Positions 44,386-54,342 of a stretch of 64,000 bases of DNA are shown here, in pieces. Positions within the stretch are counted from its first letter, which is position 1; each line of letters opens with the position of its first letter. Both the position numbers and the translations under genes were made by a program. Below the pieces are notes generated by a model. The model was not told the DNA's origin and did not search any database. It saw only the letters and a list, made by a program, of their open reading frames with translations. The DNA comes from an uncultured Solirubrobacterales bacterium. Lineage in GTDB: Bacteria; Actinomycetota; Thermoleophilia; Solirubrobacterales; Solirubrobacteraceae. Location of the stretch: NCBI GenBank assembly GCA_963831945.1, contig CAWHSC010000003.1, forward strand, positions 1,694,519-1,758,518, given 5' to 3'.

Positions 44386-45705
44386 ATGAGCGTTGTCAAC
44401 GACGGCGTGAGCGGACCTGTGTGCGTCCTCGGCTTCGTCCGCAGCGGAGCGTCGTTGACGATGCGGCTTCTGCACCTTCTCGGTGTGGAGATCGGACCCC
44501 CAGAGGATCTCCTGGCGCCGGGCGAGGCAGACAACCCCCGCGGCTACTGGGAGCCACGGTGGATGGTCGATCTCAACGACGAGATCCTGGACAAGCTCGG
44601 GACCGTCTGGTGGCGCCCCCTGCCGGCCGCGTCCGGCTGGGAGCGCTCCCCAGATTTCGATGAGTTGCGCGAGCGCGCGCGCGGCCTGTTGAGGGAGAAG
44701 TTTGGCGCAGCCCCGCTATGGGGGTGGAAGGACCCGCGCACGACGCTCACGCTGCCCTTCTGGAAGGAGTTGGTGCCAGACGCGAAGTATGTGATCTGCC
44801 TGCGCAACCCCGCGGACGCGATCTCCTCGATTCAGCGTCGCCCCGACCCGGAGTTGTCGATCGGCGCGTGGGGAGATCTGTGGCTGGAGTACACCGCCCG
44901 AGCGCTCGGGGCGACCCAGGGCTGCCCCCGAACGCTCGTGTTCTACGAAGACTTCTTCCATGACGCACAGGGGCAATTCGCAGCGATGGCGTCGTTGCTT
45001 GGCCTCCGGCCTACCGACCAGAACGACTTGCATCAGCGACTGCTCGAGGAGATCGAGCGGGACCTGTGGCACCACGCTACGCCCCCCCGCGAGCTGGCTG
45101 CCACCTGGGGGGTGCCGCCTGCAGCGCGCACCGTCTTCCTCGCCCTGCGAGCCGCAGAGGATGCCCACCGCGCGACAAGCGGTCACGAGCAGGCATCCGA
45201 GGCGATCGAGCGCGTCGCTCCGGAGCTCTGGTGGGAGCGCCGGACGTCCACCGACCTGCGGCTCGCCAAGGCACGGCAGACCTCTGCGCTACAGGATGAG
45301 CGAAAGAGGCTGACGGAGGCCGTAGCTCAGGCGCACGACGAGGCCACAGAGCTAAAGACGCTGATCGGGCAAGAGCGGGAGCAGGCTCGCAACGAGCTGG
45401 GGAGCACCCGCCGCGAACTCGAGAACGTACGCGAGGAGCTTGAGAGCACACACGAGAGCCTTGAGGACACACGCAGCGAATTAACGGTTTCCGCAGCCCG
45501 GCACGGCGCAGCGCAGACGGCGCTATCGGAGCTGGAGAATCGACTACAGCGACAGGGGACGATCCTCGAAAAGATGCAATCGTCGGTGAGCTGGCGCATC
45601 ACCGCGCCACTTCGAGCGGCCAAGCGGGGAGTACGGCGTCTGCGGCCAATCCGTCGCGGGTCCGCGAAGGTCAGCCAGCAGGCCCTTGAGACGAATCGAG
45701 ACTAG
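44386..45705 (+). CDS. Sulfotransferase-family protein with coiled coil
   Basis: LGFVRSGASL (PAPS loop), NPRGYWE, WGWKDPR; coiled coil ending SVSWRITAPLR. Confidence 0.85.
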   Translation: MSVVNDGVSGPVCVLGFVRSGASLTMRLLHLLGVEIGPPEDLLAPGEADNPRGYWEPRWMVDLNDEILDKLGTVWWRPLPAASGWERSPDFDELRERARGLLREKFGAAPLWGWKDPRTTLTLPFWKELVPDAKYVICLRNPADAISSIQRRPDPELSIGAWGDLWLEYTARALGATQGCPRTLVFYEDFFHDAQGQFAAMASLLGLRPTDQNDLHQRLLEEIERDLWHHATPPRELAATWGVPPAARTVFLALRAAEDAHRATSGHEQASEAIERVAPELWWERRTSTDLRLAKARQTSALQDERKRLTEAVAQAHDEATELKTLIGQEREQARNELGSTRRELENVREELESTHESLEDTRSELTVSAARHGAAQTALSELENRLQRQGTILEKMQSSVSWRITAPLRAAKRGVRRLRPIRRGSAKVSQQALETNRD

Positions 45706-45714
45706 GATTCCTCG

Positions 45715-46677
45715 ATCCGGCTCCTAATTGCGACACCGCTCCATCTATTGCTACTCGACGCGCTGAGCGGCCACCTGACTGAGCTTCGATGTGGTGACGG
45801 CGAGTACTACGGCCTGACCTGGAAGCACGACGCCATGCTCGTCGCCCACTCCCACGTCAACAACGAGGCGATCCTGACGCATGAGCATCTCGCGGCCATC
45901 GATGGCGGGGAGGTGGTGAGCTACGCCGCGGACGGCCAGATCGTCGCTCGCATACCCCGGCGACTCCTGCTTGCCCACCAGATCGAGTGGGTCGATGACC
46001 AACTTCTGGTTGTAGACACCGGACGCGAGCGCCTATCGGTCTACGCCGCCGACGGTGCCCTGATCCGAGACGTGGCCCTTGGCGATCGGGGTTGGGATCG
46101 CGGCCCGGGCGGCGTGCGGGGCCACCACTTCAACAGCGTCCATCGCAGCGGGGACCGTGTGTGGGTCGTGGCCCACAACCACGACCGTCCCTCAGAGGTT
46201 TGGGAGCTCTCCTGGCCGGAGCTCGAGATTACCGGGGTCCATGTGACCGCCGCGGCGTGGGCGCACAACATCTGGGATGGCGCATTTGGGCTCGTCATCT
46301 GCGACTCACGCTCGGGGGGTCTGCAAGAGGTGAGATCTGGCGAGGTGCTCTGGGTGCCGGAGGAGGACGGCGTGATCGTCCGGGGACTTGCGGTTGACGC
46401 CGACCACCTGTTCGTCGGCCACTCCGAGTTCGGCGGGCGGGGGGAGCGCCAAGTGAACGACGGTGGTCTATGGATGGTCGATCGTGCGACACTGACCACC
46501 GTCGAACGGTTTCGGTTCCCGGGCTTCGGGTGCGTAAACGAGATCCGGCTCCTTGACGGCATCGACGAGTGCCACAACGGCGAGCCTTTTGATGACCGGC
46601 TACTCACGGGGATCTGCCACTCAGACCGTCTCGACGTTGTGGACGACTACCTCCCGGCCGATATCGCTCAGGCATGA
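45715..46677 (+). CDS. Hypothetical beta-propeller protein; start uncertain
   Basis: YYGLTW, HQI, HHFNSV, HNI, RGLAV repeated blade-like motifs; same frame as the upstream gene. Confidence 0.65.
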   Translation: MRLLIATPLHLLLLDALSGHLTELRCGDGEYYGLTWKHDAMLVAHSHVNNEAILTHEHLAAIDGGEVVSYAADGQIVARIPRRLLLAHQIEWVDDQLLVVDTGRERLSVYAADGALIRDVALGDRGWDRGPGGVRGHHFNSVHRSGDRVWVVAHNHDRPSEVWELSWPELEITGVHVTAAAWAHNIWDGAFGLVICDSRSGGLQEVRSGEVLWVPEEDGVIVRGLAVDADHLFVGHSEFGGRGERQVNDGGLWMVDRATLTTVERFRFPGFGCVNEIRLLDGIDECHNGEPFDDRLLTGICHSDRLDVVDDYLPADIAQA

Positions 46678-46855
46678 GTCCCGATGCGTCCCACGACACC
46701 TCACTCAGCTGCGGCGTCGAGCTCGATGACGCGCGCGACGCGGTCCATGTCCGTCGAAGTCGCTCACGGCGTCGAAGCTCAGCAGCTCAAAGCGCGTCGC
46801 CTGGGCCCATCGCTAACATCCCGGCCCCGTGACGCAAGACCGCAGCGCCATCGAT

Positions 46856-47251
46856 ATGCCGGCCGAGGCGAGCACCGCAGAGGATGACCGACCGGCTCTC
46901 GTCGCCAGTCGGCTCCGACAGAATGCCGTTCGCTCCACGTCGCTCGACAGGCGCCTTCCGTCGTTTGCGCTCGAGCATGCGGTGGCGGGCGATCTCGGGC
47001 ATCTGCACGCAGCCCACGATCTTCGTAGGTTGCCGATCACCTCACGGCGACGTCTGGCGCGACCACTGGTCGTGCGGCTGCGGCGCGCTCTGCGCCAGGG
47101 GCTGTACCCGCTGCCCGAAGCTCAGTCCGTCTGGAATGGCGCCAACGCGCGTGTCGTCACCTTCCTGTTGCGCCAGCTCGCCGCGCAGTCGCGGGCCATC
47201 GAGTCGCTCGAACAGCAGGTGTCGGCACTACACGACGAGCTGCACCGATGA
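46856..47251 (+). CDS. Hypothetical protein typical of glycan loci
   Basis: PITSRRRLARPLVVRLRRALR...Q...N, then coiled coil. Confidence 0.6.
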   Translation: MPAEASTAEDDRPALVASRLRQNAVRSTSLDRRLPSFALEHAVAGDLGHLHAAHDLRRLPITSRRRLARPLVVRLRRALRQGLYPLPEAQSVWNGANARVVTFLLRQLAAQSRAIESLEQQVSALHDELHR

Positions 47252-47291
47252 CGCCCGTTGTCGCGCTGCGTGGCCGAGGCCGTAGCTATCC

Positions 47292-48329
47292 GTGAGGGTG
47301 CTCGTCGCCAGCACCTACGTGCCGTTCATCGATGGCGGAGGGCGCATGATCGTGCGCGACCTCGTGCGTGCCGTGCGCGAGCGGGGCCACGAGGTCGACA
47401 CGATCGAAATTCCCTTCCACTCGGCCTGGGACACGATGCTCGAGCAGATGCTGGCGATCCGCTTGATGGACGTCAGCGACGCCGCGGACGTGCTGGTGGC
47501 GATCCGTACGCCCAGCTATCTGCTGCGCCACCCCAACAAGCGCCTGTGGTTCATCCACCATCACCGCGGCGCCTACGACCTGTGGGACACCCCCTACCAG
47601 GACATTCCCTCGACCCCCGAGGGCTTGGCCGTGCGGCACGCCGTGGTGGCGGCGGACGAACTCTATCTGCGCGAGGCTCGGCAGATCTTCACCAACTCGC
47701 AGATCGTCGCCGACCGCCTGCGGGAGTACAACGATCTCGAGGGTCACGTTCTATACCCACCTTTGGGAGAACCTCAGCGGTTTGTGCCCGGGCCGGCCGA
47801 GGACTACGTCTTCTACCCCTGCCGCATCACCGGCCACAAGCGCCAGCAGTTGGCAGTGGAGGCGGCGGCGCACCTGGCCACCGACGCGCGCGTGGTCATC
47901 GCCGGTGCGGCGGAGAGTCCCGAGCAGTTGCGTCTGCTGCACGAGACGATCGCCAGTCACGGGCTGCAGGATCGAGTGCAGTTGATCGCGCGCTGGATCA
48001 GCGAGGAGGAGAAGGCGGAGCTCATCGCGCGGAGCATCGGTGTGCTCTACATCCCGTTTCTGGAGGACTCCTACGGGTATGTCACGCTCGAGGCGTTTCA
48101 TGCTCATAAGCCGGTCATCACCTGCTCGGACTCGGGCGGCACGCTCGAGATCGTCGAGGATGGAGAGAATGGTCTGATCGTCGCCCCCGAGCCGATCGCC
48201 CTGGCGGCAGCGATCGATCGTCTGCGCTCCGATCCGCAGGCGGCTGTCGCGATGGGAGAGCGCGCTCGCGAGACTCTCCGAGCCAAGGACATCAGCTGGG
48301 ACCGCGTGGTGACGAGCCTCCTCGGATGA
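47292..48329 (+). CDS. GT4 glycosyltransferase
   Basis: RITGHKRQ, EDSYGYVTLEA, DSGG. Confidence 0.92.
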   Translation: MRVLVASTYVPFIDGGGRMIVRDLVRAVRERGHEVDTIEIPFHSAWDTMLEQMLAIRLMDVSDAADVLVAIRTPSYLLRHPNKRLWFIHHHRGAYDLWDTPYQDIPSTPEGLAVRHAVVAADELYLREARQIFTNSQIVADRLREYNDLEGHVLYPPLGEPQRFVPGPAEDYVFYPCRITGHKRQQLAVEAAAHLATDARVVIAGAAESPEQLRLLHETIASHGLQDRVQLIARWISEEEKAELIARSIGVLYIPFLEDSYGYVTLEAFHAHKPVITCSDSGGTLEIVEDGENGLIVAPEPIALAAAIDRLRSDPQAAVAMGERARETLRAKDISWDRVVTSLLG

Positions 48330-49360
48330 AGGTTGCGATCGTCAACAACCAGGCCCCGTTCGTGCGGGGCGGCGCCGAGCTGCTGGCCGAGTGGCTGCAC
48401 GACAAGCTCGAGGAGTACGGACACCAGGCCGAGATCGTCCGGATTCCATTTCAGTGGAATCCGCCCGAGCGGATCGTCGATCACATGCTCGCGGCTCGGC
48501 TCGTGCGCCTGGCCAACGTCGACCGGGTGGTGGCGCTCAAGTTTCCGGCCTACTACGTGCCGCACGAGAACAAGGTGCTGTGGCTGCTGCACCAGTTCCG
48601 CCAAGCGTACGATCTGTGGGGTACTCCCTACCAGGACATACCCAACACCCCGATGGGCCACCGTATCCGCGAGGCGGTCATCGAAAGCGATCGTCGCCAC
48701 CTCGCAGAGACCAGGCATATATATACGAATTCGGAGATCGTCGGACACCGGCTGCTGCTCTACAGCGGGCTCGAGTCGGACGTGCTATTCCCCCCGCTCT
48801 TCGACGCCACTCCCTATCGCTGTGAGGAGTATGGGGACTACTTCTTCTTTCCCAGCCGGATCACGGCAGGCAAGCGCCAGCATGTGGCGGTGGAGGCGAT
48901 GGCGGGCGTCAGGAGCTCGGCCCGGTTGGTGATCGCCGGCCAGGCCGAGACGCCCGAGGATCTGAACCGAGTGATGTCGATCGTTCACGAGCACAACCTA
49001 GAGGACCGGGTCGAAGTGATCCCACGGTGGATCACCGACGAGGAGAAGCTGCGTCTGTTGGCCGGCGCCAGAGGCGTCGTCTATCTGCCGTTCGGTGAGG
49101 ATTCTTATGGTTATGTGACGCTTGAGGCATTCCACGCGCGCAAGCCCGTCATCACGCTCGCCGACTCCGGCGGCACGCTCGAGCTGATCGAGGACGGTCG
49201 CAATGGGCGGGTCGTCGACGGTGTGGACGAGCTCTCCGGCGCGATCGACGATCTCGCTGACGACCGTGCGTTGGCTGAACGCCTTGGTCGAGCGGCACAC
49301 GACACGATCGACGAGCTCGAAATCTCGTGGGATCGGGTGATTGAGTGTCTGACAAAGTGA
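48326..49360 (+). CDS. GT4 glycosyltransferase (paralogue of the preceding gene)
   Basis: SRITAGKRQ, EDSYGYVTLEA. Confidence 0.92.
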   Translation: MKVAIVNNQAPFVRGGAELLAEWLHDKLEEYGHQAEIVRIPFQWNPPERIVDHMLAARLVRLANVDRVVALKFPAYYVPHENKVLWLLHQFRQAYDLWGTPYQDIPNTPMGHRIREAVIESDRRHLAETRHIYTNSEIVGHRLLLYSGLESDVLFPPLFDATPYRCEEYGDYFFFPSRITAGKRQHVAVEAMAGVRSSARLVIAGQAETPEDLNRVMSIVHEHNLEDRVEVIPRWITDEEKLRLLAGARGVVYLPFGEDSYGYVTLEAFHARKPVITLADSGGTLELIEDGRNGRVVDGVDELSGAIDDLADDRALAERLGRAAHDTIDELEISWDRVIECLTK

Positions 49361-49367
49361 CTTCACG

Positions 49368-50678
49368 ATGAGGATTGCCTGGTTTACGCCGCTGTCCAAC
49401 ACGAGCGCCATCGGAGAGTTCAGCTGCCACGTGACCAAGACGCTCGCAGATGCCGCAGAGGTCGAGATCTGGACGTCGGACGAGCCCCCTTATCACGCCA
49501 CCGACCTCCCGGTCATCAGATATTTGGATGACACCGATAATTTGGGCCTCCTCCCCGCGAGCGACGCGGTCGTCTACAACATGGGGGACTACCTGCCCTT
49601 TCATGGGCAGATGCACACGGTCGCTCAGCGCTACCCAGGTGTGGTCATTCTGCACGACCGCGTCCTGCACCACCTGTACGCGGGACTGTGGCTCAATGCC
49701 TCCGAGCCTGCGCGTGAGACCTACGTCGGGCGCATGGGAGCGTACTACGGCGACGCGGGCGCCGAGATTGCGCGTGCGTCACTTGAAGGCGAGCGCTGCC
49801 CGGTGTGGGAGTCCGATGAGGAAGTGCTTCGCTATCCGCTCTACGAGGAGGGAATCCGTAAGGCTCATGGAGTAGTCACTCACTCCGAGAGTCAGGCCGC
49901 GGATGTCCGCGCTCGCTGGCTTGGGCCCGTGCGCGCGCTGCACCTGCCGTGTTACAGCGACGTCCTCAGCCGGGTCGACGGTGCGCGCCCGCGCGATCCC
50001 GACGGGCTCGTGCAGCTGCTCAGCGTGGGCCATCTGAACCCCAACAAGCAGGTGCACCGCGTGGTGGAGATGCTCGCCGCCGACCCCGAGTTGGCAGCAC
50101 GCGTGCACTACACCGTGGTGGGCCCCGACGACGGCTTCAAGACCTATGTGAACGACTTGCGCCGCCTCGTCGCCCGCCACGCCGACCGGGTGAGCGTAGA
50201 GCTGCTCGGCTGGCGTCCTGAAGTGGAGCTCGACCGCCTGATGGCGCAGGCCGACGTGTTCGTCAATCTTCGCCATCCGGTGATGGAGGGCAGCTCGGCG
50301 TCGCTGATGCGCCAGCTCGCCTACGGACGGCCGATCCTGTGCTTCGAGTCGGGCTTCTTCGCGGAGTTGCCGGAGGGGACCGTCGAGCGGGTCCCCACGG
50401 GGGACTTCCAGGCCGCCGACAAGGCCCTGCGTCAGCTGGTCGGAAGCCCGGACAGTCGGCGAGCGCTGGGGGAGAGAGCGCGTGCGCTCGCGACCTCCTA
50501 CAGCGAGCACAGCTACGCTGAGGGGCTCCTGCAGCTGATCGAAGAGAGCCGGCGGGCCGGGCCGGCCCTCGGTTTTCTGGACTCGGTGGCGCGGGAGCTC
50601 GGCCACATGAACGTGGACAGCCGGTTGCCCATCTTCGACGAGATCGCGAAAGACTTTGCCCGTATCCTCGATGTCTGA
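49368..50678 (+). CDS. GT4 glycosyltransferase
   Basis: MRIAWFTPL, GHLNPNK, VNLRHP..EGSSASL. Confidence 0.88.
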   Translation: MRIAWFTPLSNTSAIGEFSCHVTKTLADAAEVEIWTSDEPPYHATDLPVIRYLDDTDNLGLLPASDAVVYNMGDYLPFHGQMHTVAQRYPGVVILHDRVLHHLYAGLWLNASEPARETYVGRMGAYYGDAGAEIARASLEGERCPVWESDEEVLRYPLYEEGIRKAHGVVTHSESQAADVRARWLGPVRALHLPCYSDVLSRVDGARPRDPDGLVQLLSVGHLNPNKQVHRVVEMLAADPELAARVHYTVVGPDDGFKTYVNDLRRLVARHADRVSVELLGWRPEVELDRLMAQADVFVNLRHPVMEGSSASLMRQLAYGRPILCFESGFFAELPEGTVERVPTGDFQAADKALRQLVGSPDSRRALGERARALATSYSEHSYAEGLLQLIEESRRAGPALGFLDSVARELGHMNVDSRLPIFDEIAKDFARILDV

Positions 50679-51192
50679 TCCCGGAACCCGCGTTCTCAAA
50701 GGACGGCCCGAGGAGCTGCAGTTCGTGACGGTGGGGCCCGAGCACGCCGACGCGCTGGTGTCCCTGTTCGAGCGCAATGTTGTTCCCGCGGTCGCTGAAA
50801 TGTTCGACCCATTCGCGTTTACGGCCGCCGAAGCGCGACGGATCGCGCTCGAGCCACGCCGAGATCACTACTACATAGCCACGCGCGGGGAGGAGCTGCT
50901 CGGCCTTTCGATGCTGCGCGGATTCGACGAGGGCTATGAGATCCCCAGCTTCGGCATCTTCATCGACCACGAGCGCCACGGCCAGGGCATCGGGCGCCGG
51001 TTCACGGCCTGGACGATCGAGCAGGCTCGCCGGCGGGGCTGCCCGGCTGTGCGCCTGACGGTATACGCCGACAACGCAGCCGCCCTCGGTCTGTACGCGT
51101 CGCTGGGGTTCCGCGAGCAGGAGCGCCAGTCCGTCGAGCGCAGGGGCCGGTCCGTCGAGAAGATCGTCATGCGCCTGGAGCTCGGTGGCTGA
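50671..51192 (+). CDS. GNAT acetyltransferase
   Basis: HGQGIG, LTVYADNAAALGLYASLGF. Confidence 0.9.
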   Translation: MSDPGTRVLKGRPEELQFVTVGPEHADALVSLFERNVVPAVAEMFDPFAFTAAEARRIALEPRRDHYYIATRGEELLGLSMLRGFDEGYEIPSFGIFIDHERHGQGIGRRFTAWTIEQARRRGCPAVRLTVYADNAAALGLYASLGFREQERQSVERRGRSVEKIVMRLELGG

Positions 51193-52306
51193 GGTGGCGC
51201 AACGCCGCATCCCCGTGGCCGCGCCCGCGCTCGTCGGGCGCGAGCGCGAGTACGTGCTCGACTGCGTCGACTCGACCTGGATCTCCTCCAGCGGCAAGTA
51301 CCTGGGGCGCTTCGAGTCCGCCTTCGCCGAGTTCTGCGGCGTGCGCAACGCGGTGGCCTGCTGCAACGGGACGGTCGCCGTGCACCTTGCGCTGATGGCG
51401 CAGGGAGTGGGGCCGGGCGACGAGGTAATCGTGCCGACGCTCACCTACGTCGCGACCGCGAACCCAGTGGTCTACTGCGGCGGGCAGCCGGTGTTCGTCG
51501 ATGCGGAGCCGCGCACGTGGAACATGGACCCCGAGCGGGTGGCGGAGGCGATCACGCCTCGTACGAGGGGGATCGTCGTCGTGCACCTCTACGGCCACCC
51601 CTGCGACATGGACCCGATCCTCGAGCTGGCCGAGCGCCACGGGCTATGGGTGATCGAGGACGCCGCCGAGGCGCACGGCGCGACCTACCGGGGTCGGATC
51701 GCCGGCTCGATGGGCTCGCTCGCGACTTTCTCCTTCTACGGCAACAAGATCATCACCACCGGCGAGGGCGGGATGGTGGTCGGCGACGATGACCAACTCA
51801 CGGCACTTGTGCGCCAACTGCGCGGCCAAGGCCAGGACCTGCAACGGCGCTACTGGTTCCCGATGGTGGGCTTCAACTACCGGATGACCAACATCGAGGC
51901 CGCGATCGGCCTCGCGCAGATGGAGCGCATCGACTGGCACATCGGACGCCGGCGCGAGATCGCCGGCTGGTACCGCGAAGAGCTCGCCGGGGAGGAGGGG
52001 ATCGAGCTCTCACCCGAGCAGCCGTGGGCCAAAAGCGCGTTCTGGATCGTATGCGCAGTGCTCGACGAGGATCGCTTCGGCCCGCGCGACTCCGTGATGG
52101 CGACGCTCGACGGCGCCGGAATCGAGACGCGGCCCTTCTTCTATCCGCTGCACACGCTCCCGATGTATCGAGCTCTAAACGAGGGCAAGGAGTTCCCGGT
52201 GGCCGACGACCTCGCCCGCAGAGGCGTCAACCTGCCCTCCTCGGCGACATTGACGCGCGAGGACGTCGCCTATGTCTGCGCGCAGCTGCGAGGTCTCGCG
52301 CGCTGA
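51185..52306 (+). CDS. DegT/DnrJ/EryC1/StrS sugar aminotransferase (perosamine synthase-like)
   Basis: WISSSG, EDAAEAHG, SFYGNKIITTGEGG, GFNYRMTN. Confidence 0.95.
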   Translation: MAEVAQRRIPVAAPALVGREREYVLDCVDSTWISSSGKYLGRFESAFAEFCGVRNAVACCNGTVAVHLALMAQGVGPGDEVIVPTLTYVATANPVVYCGGQPVFVDAEPRTWNMDPERVAEAITPRTRGIVVVHLYGHPCDMDPILELAERHGLWVIEDAAEAHGATYRGRIAGSMGSLATFSFYGNKIITTGEGGMVVGDDDQLTALVRQLRGQGQDLQRRYWFPMVGFNYRMTNIEAAIGLAQMERIDWHIGRRREIAGWYREELAGEEGIELSPEQPWAKSAFWIVCAVLDEDRFGPRDSVMATLDGAGIETRPFFYPLHTLPMYRALNEGKEFPVADDLARRGVNLPSSATLTREDVAYVCAQLRGLAR

Positions 52307-52336
52307 TGGACCGTGCGCCCACGGTCGAGCTCGCCG
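52265..52336 (+). repeat. 72-bp junction repeat, left copy (right copy at 53082-53153)
   Basis: 63/72 identical; spans the DegT stop and GT start (TGATG). Confidence 0.92.
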
Positions 52337-52355
52337 CAGCCGCTCTCAGAGTGGC

Positions 52356-52586
52356 TCACGCCGCGCGAGATCGCCGCGAACGCGCGGCGGCCTGCGCCTT
52401 GAGCTTGGCGCCCGAGACGAAGTCGCCGACGCGACGACCATGCTCGTCCAACTCGACCATCCCGAAGTCCTCGGCGACCTCGGGATGCTCCTCGACCACG
52501 GACAGCACGCTCGCGCGCGCGGTGTCGTGGTCGTCGTGAAAGTCCAGGAGGTTGCCCTCGTCGATGTACAGCGTCGCAAACGTCAT
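52356..52586 (-). CDS. Small acidic protein, candidate antitoxin/immunity
   Basis: 76 aa, D/E-rich; 6 nt downstream of the ART-like ORF. Confidence 0.6.
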   Translation of the reverse strand: MTFATLYIDEGNLLDFHDDHDTARASVLSVVEEHPEVAEDFGMVELDEHGRRVGDFVSGAKLKAQAAARSRRSRAA

Positions 52587-52592
52587 CGCCCT

Positions 52593-52946
52593 CTAGGGTG
52601 CCACATGACACGTCTCCACACAAGCTGCCAGCACATCTGGGTCGCCCCAGACGGTACGGTGACCGTACGATCCCGTGACCGCCATGTGGATGCCCCGACC
52701 GGCGGCCAAGCGCAACTCGGCGACCCACGCCGGCCGGCGCCGGGCGATCTGCAGTGCTCCCTCGCGTGTATCGAACATCGACACGCCGATCAGCAACAGC
52801 CATGGCGTGTTCGCCGGGACCGGGCGCCTACGCGGCCGTTCGCGGTGGGAGCAGAAGTCCTCCACACGCGGCTGCTCGGCGCGTACGACGCGGTAAAGCA
52901 CCTCGTCCCGGGCGGGCTGCGCGATGATCTGAGCATCGGACACCAT
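52593..52946 (-). CDS. Small basic protein with ADP-ribosyltransferase/RES-like motifs, candidate toxin
   Basis: LYRVV...F.S...GVSMF...GHRTVWG; fold assignment is an inference. Confidence 0.5.
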   Translation of the reverse strand: MVSDAQIIAQPARDEVLYRVVRAEQPRVEDFCSHRERPRRRPVPANTPWLLLIGVSMFDTREGALQIARRRPAWVAELRLAAGRGIHMAVTGSYGHRTVWGDPDVLAACVETCHVAP

Positions 52947-53122
52947 GAGCGCGACGAGTGTAGGGATATGACCGGCTCGACCAGCGACCCGACATACACC
53001 CACCGCGGGGGCACGCCTGAGCACGAGCGGATCGGCGCATGGCTGGAGACGGCTCTCAACGGCGATGCCCCGTTCGGCCTGGTCGCCTACGTCTGCACGA
53101 AGCTGTGAGGCCTAGCACGCTG

Positions 53123-54244
53123 ATGGATCGTGCGCCCGCGGTCGAGCTCGCCGGCTACCTCGACGCGGCGGTGGGTGTGGGCGAGGCCGCGCGGCGCTAC
53201 GTAGCCGCCTTGCGCAGCGCCGGCGTTGCGGTATTGGACCGCGACGTTCCCCTGCCGGGCCGCGACGCGGCGGATACCGAGCTGGTGGACGGTCCCCGTC
53301 CGAGGGCCGACGATGTCTCATTCAACCTGTTGTGCCTCAACCCCGAGCAGATGGTCCCCTTCCTCAATGGCCCTGACGCGCCGCCGCGCGATGGCCGTAT
53401 CACGATCGGAATTTGGAGCTGGGAGGTAGACGTGCTGCCGCCGGGCTGGCGCGAGGCGGGGGCCTATTTGACCGAGGTATGGACCTACTCGCGCTTCGGC
53501 GCGGACTTGATCGGCGCCGGGGTCGATGTTCCCGTGTTCGGCTTCCCGCCGCCGGTGTCGGAGCCCTCCAACTCCTCGCAGCCCGCACCGCAGCTGCCGC
53601 CCGGTTTTCGGGTGTTGGTGATGTTCGACTTCCTCTCGACTTTGGAGCGCAAGAACCCGCTCGGCGCGATCGAGGCGTATCGCCGCGCCTTCGAGCCTGG
53701 CGATGGCGCTGTCCTCGTGGTTAAGTCCGTCAACGGGCAGCACCGACCGGAGCGCATGGCGGAGCTTTTGGCCGCCGTGGAGGGGCGTCCAGACATATTG
53801 CTGATCGATCGAACCATGTCCGGGGCGGAGCGTGACGCGCTGATCGCCATGTGCGACTGCTACCTGTCGCTTCACCGCAGCGAGGGCCACGGTCTGCCGC
53901 TGGCGGAGGCGATGGCGCTCGGTAAGCCCGTTGTGGCGACCGCCTATGGCGGCAATATGGAGTTCATGGGCGAGATGAACTCCTACCCCGTGGCCTGGGC
54001 GCCCGCATTTGTCGGCGACGGGGTGGAGCACTACCCGACCAATGCGAGCTGGGCCGAGCCGGACCTTGAGCACGCGGCGCGACTGCTGCAGGCTGTCCAC
54101 CGCGACCCCGAGGGCGCGCGCCAGCGTGCGCAGCAGGGAAGACAGGACGTTCAGGCGCTGTTGGCGCCCGAGGTTGTGGGGGCGCATATGCGTGGCCGCC
54201 TCCAGGAACTGCATAAGGACCCGAGCTCTCCGATCTCACAGTGA
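53123..54244 (+). CDS. GT4 glycosyltransferase
   Basis: IGIWSWE, FDFLSTLERKNP, SLHRSEGHGLPLAEAM. Confidence 0.92.
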   Translation: MDRAPAVELAGYLDAAVGVGEAARRYVAALRSAGVAVLDRDVPLPGRDAADTELVDGPRPRADDVSFNLLCLNPEQMVPFLNGPDAPPRDGRITIGIWSWEVDVLPPGWREAGAYLTEVWTYSRFGADLIGAGVDVPVFGFPPPVSEPSNSSQPAPQLPPGFRVLVMFDFLSTLERKNPLGAIEAYRRAFEPGDGAVLVVKSVNGQHRPERMAELLAAVEGRPDILLIDRTMSGAERDALIAMCDCYLSLHRSEGHGLPLAEAMALGKPVVATAYGGNMEFMGEMNSYPVAWAPAFVGDGVEHYPTNASWAEPDLEHAARLLQAVHRDPEGARQRAQQGRQDVQALLAPEVVGAHMRGRLQELHKDPSSPISQ

Positions 54245-54342
54245 CGCTCAGGGGCCTCGAGGGAGATGGGGCACGAGCTGAACGCATGACGCCAGAAGAG
54301 CGATCCTCCAGCCGATTTCAACGGCGTGCTACGCTGTGCGAC

